Assembly (NCBI GenBank): GCA_951406725.2
Contig: OX597821.1
Span: 57,474,001-57,538,000 of the forward strand
From: Octopus vulgaris
Taxonomy: Eukaryota
Length of the DNA stretch: 64,000 nucleotides
Direction: 5' to 3'
Shown here piece after piece: positions 53,898 to 64,000 of the stretch. The notes under the pieces were generated by a model. The model was not told the DNA's origin. It was given only the letters and a program-made list of their open reading frames with translations, and did not search any database. Position 1 is the first letter of the stretch. Every line of letters starts with the position of its first letter. A program made the position numbers and the translations under genes.

Positions 53898-56403
53898 TAT
53901 GTGTCACGTACAATTTGTAGTAATTTCGTTTGTAATGTAAAATGTTTGTATCTAATTCAGTGACTAGTTGATACTTTTTTCTATGTATATTTAATTATAT
54001 GAAATGTAGTTTGCATTTATTTATTTATTTATTTATTTTATCAATTATATGATAAAGATTGTGAATGATAAACATTTAATCAATAAGTTTTATATTTTTA
54101 ATTCACCCTTTATTTCCTTAAAGTAAAAAAACACATTACATCGGTCAAACGTATTACAAGGAATTAAATAAGCAATACCATCGAAATTCATTTCAATTAT
54201 ATTTAAAAGCGTTGATTAAATGGCAGGGTATGAAAAGAATTCTTTGAAACGCCTTGCTTGTGTTTCATCTACTAACAATGTTTTTAAATGTGCTGAATAT
54301 ACTATGGAATTTCCACGGGTTTTGCCAGTAATAATAATTCCCGATAATTTTGCAAGGCGAATAATTTTGAGAAGAAGGGAAGTCGATTACAGGGCCTCTA
54401 GTACTTTACCGATTCTTCATTTTATCGAACCTGAAAAAAATGGAAGGCAAATGCTACCTCGGCGAATTTTGAACTCCGAACATAAAGAGCAGAAACTACT
54501 CCAAATCACCACCTTTCATCATGACAGTAATAATTCTTTATACTAGAGGTAGAAGGCTCGAAATATCTCCAGAAGGAGACTAGTCGATTATAATCGACGC
54601 CAGTAAAATATATTTTCTTTCTCAAAGTCAAAGATACATTAAATAGTCCACATTGTGCCCGACCCACTCCCCTGACTAAATACCAGTCTGAGTAACAATT
54701 TTTACTTCTTTTTTCCTTTTTGTCTATCACGAAATAAACAATAAATGCTGGAGAGCATCGGTAATGTATTTATCGTTTGCATATTCTAATGGCTGACAGT
54801 TTTGATTTAAGATTAGAAAAATTCTTTAATTCTACAACAGTAACAACAAGTATTACCTATTTTACGCTTTCTTCTCATACTTTAGTAATCATTTTTTAAA
54901 AATCACAAACCCATTTATGAATAAAAATTAAAATATTCTGAACACAAATGAACTTGATTATACTCCAATTTCTTCCTAATTATTGTAGTTCGTATTCTGT
55001 GTTTATGTTCGAATCGGTTGTTGTTGTTCTAGGCTTTCGTTTGTGTATGTTTGTGTGTGTATATATATATATGTATGTGTGTGTGTTTGTTTGGTTGAGG
55101 ATATAATTATATATTGTTGGAGTAGTTTCTTCAAATTTCCTTTTGTAGCTCACCGTTCTCTTCCTTCTTTCCCTCAGATTTGTCATAATTTTTTGTTTCG
55201 TTTTCTTTCATCTTTTCATTTTAGTTATTCATTATCAATCAACATCATCAAACAATATCACCATGGTTATCAGTAACCACTACCACCACCACCACCATAA
55301 ATATAATCATTTCCTGAATTGTAGTCTCGTTTATTTTCCTACTAGCATTACTAAGACGGAGTCATGGTGCTGCCGACATATTTGTTGTCGTCGCTGTTGT
55401 GGCGGTTCTTCTTTTCCTCCCCTCCCCCCTTCGTCTTTTCCTTCTTCCTCTTTTCCTTTTCGGTTTTCAGAAGATTAATTTAAAGCTAATCCTTACTTTC
55501 ATATCCCCCTTTGTTTGTTTTTTTCGTAGATAAGAAAGTCTCTGCTTTACCTTTGAGGCTGATACATTGTTTTAATACTTTACATAACCTTTCGGTCTTC
55601 CTAATACAGTGGTCGCTTTCCAGACCTAGATGAAGGATTCTTATAACCAATAATAAACTAAGAGGTGTCTTCTATTATCTTGACGTTATCTACAGATTAT
55701 AAATTTAAAAAACTGTAAAAAAAAAAATTTACAACAATATCTAACGTGTTTGATGACATGAGCTTTTTTTACAAGTGTGTACAGAAAATTTAATTTAACA
55801 TTTTAGAAGTATCAGATTGCTGAAGACTCATGGTCTTCTGATTCTCAATGATTAGAATCTTTGGTTAAACTAAAAGCTTCTTCGGAGTGTAATAGACTAT
55901 CCAAGATTAGCTTATAGGATTGTAATGTTAGATGGATTTCTTAGATGTTATCCATATAATACGGCTTTCCGCTTTATTCATCGTTCCGCCTTTTATTTAA
56001 TGAAGAAATTGTTGCTGTTGAAAAGTTGAAGACAATAATTATTCCTCCTGTACCGCAGACTGGGAATCCTTACAGCTCAATAAAAGCAGCGATTCACACC
56101 CAAGAAGGACGACAAACATGAAAGTCAATATCCAGTTATCGAAAAGAAGCAATTGCTCTTTCTCCAGCTCTTCATTTAATTAAGCATTTTAATTTATTTC
56201 TACTTCCTGGTTTGTCCTACTTCTAAAAACTACTTGAAATTTTCATTTATATATTTTCCTAAGTCCGAAAGAACCACCATCTTTCCAATTAGTATCACTT
56301 CGCACAACAAATTCTTTTTTTTTTGAGCTACAATATATTTTTTTATAAGAATATTTGTGTTTGTCGTTTGCAATTCTTTCTGTTACTGTCCTTGCTTATG
56401 TGC

Positions 56404-56439
<36 letters not shown>

Positions 56440-56504
56440 GTGCGAGGGAGAGAGAGAGGGAGAGAGAGAGAGAGAGTGGGAGGGAGAGAGAGAGAGAAAG
56501 AGAC

Positions 56505-56680
56505 GAAAGAAATACCATCTTGCCTTAGAGATCTACGTGGTGTTGATGTGGAAGTTTTCAAGGAACGTCTGGACAGATTACTATCTGAGATACCAGACGA
56601 ACCCACATCGCGGCAGGAGACACAAAGAAGAGCAGCTCCGTCCAATTCGCTACTTCACCAAAAACAATACCGGAAATAAC
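56505..56680 (+). pseudogene. CR1-group LINE ORF2 C-terminal fragment
   Basis: IPSCLRDL..VEVFKERLDRLLSEIPDEP...RAAPSNSLLHQ matches the LP..LR....FK..LD.FL..PD.P....SNSL end motif. Confidence 0.75.
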
Positions 56681-56699
56681 ACCGAGTAACTACAGGTGG

Positions 56700-57107
56700 T
56701 TATTCTAGACGGGGAAATTTACAGTTTACAAGGAATAATATCCATAGTTTATATGGAATAAAATAGAAGAATAAAGAGTAAAAGTAGTTAGATAAATATA
56801 GACAGGAGAATAATGCTCAGAACTCATCTTTTTCCAGAGGATAAGGATGTCGATCGGTATGAGTTGTTAATATTATTCTCCTGCTTATATTTTTCTAACT
56901 ACTTTTATTCCTTATAAACTATGAATTTTCCCCGTCTAAAATATTCATACCTCGTTTCTGATGACAGACACCCGTTGCACGGACATGCTAACAAACCACT
57001 TGGGTTAGCCCAGAAACGGTTGTAAGACTTCAAATTCACCTTACCCTAATCAAATTATTCTAAATGACTTGAGATACTCGTTCTGCCTTCGTTTTGATTT
57101 TTCCTCA
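56700..57107 (+). mobile_element. TA-abutting pseudo-LTR-like element with an inverted segment and degenerate HHR
   Basis: Inverted repeat 56706-56814 / 56872-56938; CTGATGA at 56958-56964; GAAACGGTTGTA at 57013-57024; stem I GTTT/AGAC. It ends at (TA)n. Confidence 0.6.
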
Positions 57108-57125
57108 TATATATATATATATATA

Positions 57126-57164
<39 letters not shown>

Positions 57165-57554
57165 TTATTCTTTTACTTGTGGATATCTAAATTAAATAAC
57201 GCATTTTAATTTCTCAAATCTCGAAGGAGCTTATGTTTTCACACGATAATAGAAATATATCTCTATAAAATAAACTTTTACAGCTGCACTCTACTCACAA
57301 ATCGAAATTGCTTAAACAATTTTCAGGGAGCGCGAGATGTCTCTGATACGTAATTATAGATTCCTACGACTCGCTAATTTAAGAAAACAATGCTTGGAAC
57401 AAAAATATTGTATTAAGCATTGAAACAATACTTTAAAGAAAGATTGAATAAGGGAAACCACGTACAAAAGCAAGTAAAAATGCATCATCATCATCATGAC
57501 CATCATCAATTCCTAGACGTTATTGCCTCGAGCCTTAGGACTCGTATTCGGTTG

Positions 57555-58012
57555 TGGAGGTGCATGGCTTAGCGGTTAGGGTGTTGAACTCATGATCGTA
57601 AGATTGTGGTTTCGATTCCTGGACCGAGTGATGCGTTGTGTCCTTGAGCAAAACATTTCATTTCACGTTGCCCCAGTCCACTCAGCTGGCAAAAATGAGC
57701 AACCCTGCGACGGACCAGCGTCTCATCCACGTGTGGAATTTATACGCCATGAAACCGGTTATTATCTTCGCGCGTGTCGGCATGACACGAAAAGGTACCT
57801 TTATTTTTTGGTTCTTGTTACTCGGTTTCCATGGCGTATAAGTAAGTGATCACAACATTCTCTCCTGAACAGAGTTCCAGTCTCTTTACAGGGTTGCTTG
57901 TTTACAGCTGAATAGACTGGGGCATTGTGAAATGATGTGTTTTGCTCAAAAACACAATTCACAGCCCAGTGCTGGAATCGAAATCTTGATCTTGCGATCG
58001 TGAATGCAACAA
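57555..58012. mobile_element. Two convergent family D CORE-type SINEs
   Basis: + copy at 57555-57790 (GTGTCCTTGAGCAAAACA..CCAGTCCACTCAGCTG) and - copy at about 57870-58012. Confidence 0.8.
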
Positions 58013-58137
58013 CACGCGCGAAGATAATAGAAGAAAAGTAGTAACATGATAAACTTTGAAAATATAAACCAGATAGAAGTTGAGTAAACAAACGAAACAG
58101 AAATGGCTATGAAATCCCAGCATATTTACACACGCAC

Positions 58138-58935
<798 letters not shown>

Positions 58936-60317
58936 CAACAAAAATTGATCCAGAAAGATACCAAGAAAATTTTGAACACAATTGAATTCGAGAAAGATCG
59001 AAGTGCGAAAATATTTCAAATCAGAAATATCGATATGCAGCTGGAAATATTTAAGGAATTAAAAATCAATAGAGCCTTCGTATGGATAAAAAAGTTTAGC
59101 CACAAAAAAAATGAAATGTGTTACTCTTTTGTTGGTTTATTCTTATATTTGTTTCAGTCGTTTGACTGCGGCCATGCTGGAGCACCGCCTTTAGTCGAAC
59201 AAACCGACTCCAGGACCTCTTTGTAAGCCTTGTACTTCTCCTATCGGTCTCTTTTTGCCGAACCCTAGGTTACGGGAACGTAAACATCGGTTGTCAAGCG
59301 ATGGTGGGGCGACAAACACAAACATATATATATACTGAAGTGTCCCTTATTTTTCAACTTTCTAAAAGTTTACTTCCTACCACCCCCTATCTTGTTCCAA
59401 TTAACAAAAAAAAACAAAAAAACAAACAAACACTATGCAAAATTTTAGCTCAATCGAACAACTGCAATGCGATCCTCATCGATCATGAAATTTCAAAGTT
59501 TCCTCCCGGAAAGTCATTTATCTCTTATATAATTTTCTCTTAAATCAAAAACTTGTTCGGGGTTATTCTCAGTAACAGAAGGATAAGTGACAATAAATGT
59601 AATGAGGAAGGCAACTTTCAAAGCTAGGGACAGAGCGCAGGTATAGGGTAAACACCTATTTTTCGCCGTCATCCAGTCGGCGGCCAGCCCTGACCAAGTG
59701 ACGTTGGGAGTTGCGTTAGAATTGTGCTGCACCTAACGGTAGTGTTGAGAAATAAAATATTAATATACATTGGTCATAAACTGAACCAATATGACTCGTC
59801 CGCGTTTGTAAATATAAGTCATTTTTAATAACTTGTAAGCATTCCATTTTGTTGTGGCGCATTACGATATTAACCCTGACAAAGTTGTAATACCATGTTT
59901 ATAACCTCTCCGTTTTTATGTTATGTACTTTGTATATTTATTACCAATGCCTTAGAACAAAATTTAGAGAAGCGAGACACAGAAATACAGCACAAATTTA
60001 ATCTAAACGTCTGTTAACAACTGCACTGAGATAGAAAGCTGCTCCCAGCACTCACAGGCGTTGAAAAGGTTGATTGACTGGCAATAATTGTAACTTTTTA
60101 AGGTAAGGAGCCTTGGGAGTTCCTGAAATGCCAGCATCTTCAGGAGAACAGCAAGCCATGCATGTTCACCAAGCAGGGGCGAAGTGGGGGTATAACCGTC
60201 AAAATTCAGGCACTTTGCAAGTTCCATTCCACGGCACCTTGGGCAAGTATCGTCTACAACAGCTGCAGGCTGATCATTATAACTTGTAAGTGTGGTAGAC
60301 GGAAACTGCGTGGATAC

Positions 60318-61066
60318 TTCTTTTCTACTTTAGGCATAATGCCTGAAATTTTTGGGGAGGTGGCCAGTCGATTAGATCGACCCCAGTGCGCAACTGATAC
60401 TTAATTTATCGACTCCGAAAGGATGAAAGGCAAAGTCGACCTCAGCAGAATTCGAACTCAGAACATAAAGACAGACGAAATAACTATTTATTTACTACTC
60501 ACAAGGGGCTAAACACAGAGAGGACAAACAAGGACAGACAAACGGATTAAGTCGTTTAGATCGACCCCAGTGCGCAACTGGTACTTATTTAATCGACCCC
60601 GAGAGGATGAAAGGCAAAGTCGACCTCGGCGGAATTTGAACTAAGAACGTAGCGGCAGACGAACTACCTATTTCTTTACTATCCACAAGGGGCTAAACAC
60701 AGAGAGGACAAACAAGGACAGGCAAACGGATTAAATCGATTATATCGACCCCAGTGCTTAACTGGTACTTATTTAATCGACCCCGAAAGGATGAAAGGCA
60801 AAGTCGACCTCGGCGGAATTTGAAGTCAGAACGTAACGGCGGACGAAATACGCTACGCATTTCGCCCGACGTGCCAACGTTTCTGCCAGCTCGCCGCCTT
60901 TAAATTATTTCATTATTGCCCACAGGGGGCTAAACAGAGGGAACAAACAAGGACAAGGGGATTAAGTCGATTACATCGACCTCTGTGCGTAACTGGTACT
61001 TAATTTATCGACCCCGAAAGGGTGAAAGCAAAGTCGACCTCGGCGGAATTTGAAATCAGAACGTAA
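60318..61066 (-). mobile_element. SINE family A tandem array of four units
   Basis: Junctions at 60482/60483 and 60666/60667, a full head ending about 60900, and a further unit at 60907-61066. Confidence 0.92.
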
Positions 61067-61088
61067 AATCAGACCAAATGCAAGTGGA

Positions 61089-61139
<51 letters not shown>

Positions 61140-62754
61140 ACATGCAAGTAGATGTGTATGCATGCATGAAAGGGGAGGTGATGTGTGTGCATGCAAGGGA
61201 ATGTGTGTGTACGCAAGTGGATGTGTGTGCATATGTGCCTATATGTATGTATGCGAGTGTGCATACATGAGTGTATGCTTGTGTGTGCATGTATGTATGT
61301 GTATGCGAGTTTGTCTTCCACCACCGCTTGACAACCAGTGTTAATTTGTTTACGTCCCTGTGTCTTAGCGGCTCTGTAAAAGAAGCCGTTCGGATAAGAA
61401 CTATAAATGGTAAAAATAAACATTGATGTCGATTTGTTCGACTAAAACTCGCCAAGGCAGTGCCCCAGTATCAAGCGTGAAACCATCTTTATCCATTAAA
61501 GAAAATAAAAAAAAAATTTAAATGCCACCTGTAATCTGCTTCCTTGCAGGTACACAACGGAATGAAACGATTATGCGGATGCTGACGATTTAGTGCAGCT
61601 GAAAGGACATTGAGACTGTTTGGGTGACAATAGATTTAGTTTTTGGCACTGGAAGTAATTACACACGCGCGAGAGTATACATATGCAGAGTGTGAGTGAA
61701 TGAGAGAAAGAGGGAGGTAGAGAAAGGAAGGAGAGAGAGAGAGGGGGGAGAGAGATTACAATTAAATGAATATGAACGACAGAAATAATTTCCTTCATAT
61801 ATACATAGAGATATAAGCTCATTCAAATAAAGAGAGAAAAAATGGAGAGAATGAGAGAAGCATTAATACGAGAGAAACATTAAAACGTCTGATGTCAAAT
61901 AAGTCAACGTAGAATTAGCGACGCCAAAAGAGGTGGTGCCAAAACAGCTGAGCCTAAATGTCTCATACGCAAGTATACGAAGCCTTATATCAATCTTATT
62001 GCTCCAAACAAGCAAATGAATTTCCATAAGAACAAAAGTGATGCTGCAATGTCTTATATGTATGTAGAATCAATTACTGACCAACAAATTGATCATTCTT
62101 TTATCTGATGCTGACACACTTAGCTAACATACCAAGGCATATTAGGAATAGATACAAACGTTATGGTGTGTAAATTAAACATCGTTTGTATTCAGGTGAT
62201 TTCAAGCTGTCTGCTGTAGATTATAAACTACTTGATACTATCTTACAGTGCACAGATTCAGTAGAGAAATAGGTGAGGAAATTCGGTTTGGAAAAATGTG
62301 ACGAGGTCGCTTTGAAGAGAGAAAGGGAATAAGAAATAGTAATGTCACATCAGATAATGAAACGAAAACGAGAGAATTAAGCCAAAAATAGACGTTCAAA
62401 GTATTTAGAATATAATGAGCAAAACAGTACAACACACTAATGGAATAGAAGGTGAAGAATGAATTTATAGTTGCGTTAAATTAAAACTAAAATAATAGCT
62501 GGTAATTCCCTAGTTGCTTCAGTGTGAGGTTACACTTAATATTCTCAGAAAGGAGATTATTGGTTTAGCAAGATTAGTTAAGAAATCAAGCAAAATGACT
62601 ATTTCAATATACTATGTTTTACTTGCATCAGTCATTAGACTGCGGCCGTAGGAAACTATTATAAAACAGTCGCTCCAGGACGACGATAGACGATAGCTTT
62701 AAAGGAAAGAGCAAAGTCAAGCTAATACAGCTATATACAAATTCTGAACAAAAC

Positions 62755-63195
62755 ATTGTTTTCCGATTTTGGCACAAGGCCAGCAATGTCGGCATTGAGG
62801 GTAAATAGATTACATCGATCCCGGTGCTAAACTGGTACTTATTTTAGCGACCCCGAAAGGATAAAAGGCAAAGTCGACTTCGGCAGCATTTGAACTCAGA
62901 ACGCAAAGTCGGAAGAAATGCTGTTAAGCAGTTGTGATTCTGCCAGCTCGCCGTCTTAATCCTGAACGAAATATTGATTTCAAATTTTGGAACAAGGACT
63001 GCAATTTCAGGAAAGTAAGAAAGTTGATAACATCGACTCTAATACTCATCTGGTACTTATCTTATCGATCCTGAAAGTAATGAAGGACAAAGTCGACTTT
63101 GGAGAAATTTGAACTCAGAAAGCAGTGATGAACGAAGTGCTGCTAAGTATTCCCCCCACCCCGGAAAGCTAAGGATTCTGCCATTTTGCTGCTTT
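62755..63195 (-). mobile_element. Two diverged tandem SINE family A copies
   Basis: GGCAAAGTCGACTT...TTTGAACTCAGAA occurs twice. Confidence 0.8.
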
Positions 63196-63404
63196 ATTCC
63201 TGAACAAAATATTATTAAAATACATTTTCCATCTTCACTGTCCCACGATAACTATAAAATAGAGACTCAGGTCATAAACAATAACAAAAAATTATTCAAA
63301 TGTAAGAATTAAATGAAAAACAAAAGCAAAGGCCATTCAATACCCGATGAGACTCAAGAAGCAAAACATAAAAGATAACTGCTATGTGTGCGGCGTTAGC
63401 GTGT

Positions 63405-63439
<35 letters not shown>

Positions 63440-64000
63440 TCTGAACAAAATCATATTGTTTTTGAATTGCTCATTCTTAGTTAAATATGACAGAACTGGG
63501 GTTTTATGAAGTAAAAACTATGAAGTTATATATTTAGAAAAGACACGGTATGAACAAACAGCACGACTTCTTTGAAAAAATATTTAAAGCAATATTATTT
63601 CAGGACATTCCAATTGACACAAACAATCGCTTTTGCATTCTTTTCAAAGACTACCCGTAATATATATCTTCTAATCGCTGTATCATTTTCAACAGACCTT
63701 GTCTGCATATTTATGAAAGAACTGGATAAGTTGTCCGAATAAAAAATATCTAGTATATGTGAACTGAAAATAGAAACGATCTCTATCACTAAAGGCGCAT
63801 TGGAGAAAAACAACAGGCATTAGATACTTACGCAACATACAAAAATAGTTCCGTTCTTTATATAAACAAACACATACGCAAAAATGAATTGTTGGATATC
63901 TAATAGATACACGGAGCAGTGGAAAGCTATGTAATAAAAACATACAGACAGGAATGTCTCAAACTGTTCTGTAGAAACAACCATTACTCTTCTGTTATTG

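Noticed and set aside
57555-57630. tRNA gene-like sequences, also at 22655-22728 and 48715-48775
   Set aside because: They have A/B boxes but no proper cloverleaf and continue into SINE bodies.
60318-61066. Regularly spaced repeats resembling a CRISPR array
   Set aside because: Whole units repeat with no unique spacers, there are no cas genes, and the units are SINEs in eukaryotic DNA.

Overview
AT-rich animal genomic DNA, very probably from an octopus (inferred from the SINE families and the extreme TA/TG/CATA microsatellite load). I found no convincing host protein-coding gene, and almost all listed ORFs are translations of microsatellites or SINEs. The window is mostly mobile-element remains. 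These are: at least four tRNA-derived SINE families (about 35 copies); three decayed Penelope-like elements (PLEs); a rearranged RTE LINE; three R4/Dong-type restriction-like-endonuclease fragments; a CR1-type 3' end; five mariner/maT copies; a hAT remnant; three Helitrons; and a piggyBac-type MITE. The main unexplained signal is a set of unrelated short non-coding elements sitting in or next to (TA)n tracts. They carry type I hammerhead ribozyme (HHR) cores (CTGATGA...GAAA..TH), often with tandem or inverted termini. The best case is a 483-bp tandem repeat with a complete HHR, which resembles a retrozyme or PLE pseudo-LTR. Other notable structures are an 830-bp spacerless palindrome centred on (TA)40, a nested hairpin inside an inverted repeat, SINE multimers with a fixed 184-bp period and a hairpin junction, and nested insertions inside a SINE-internal microsatellite. 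All calls were made by eye, so boundaries are approximate unless termini are quoted.
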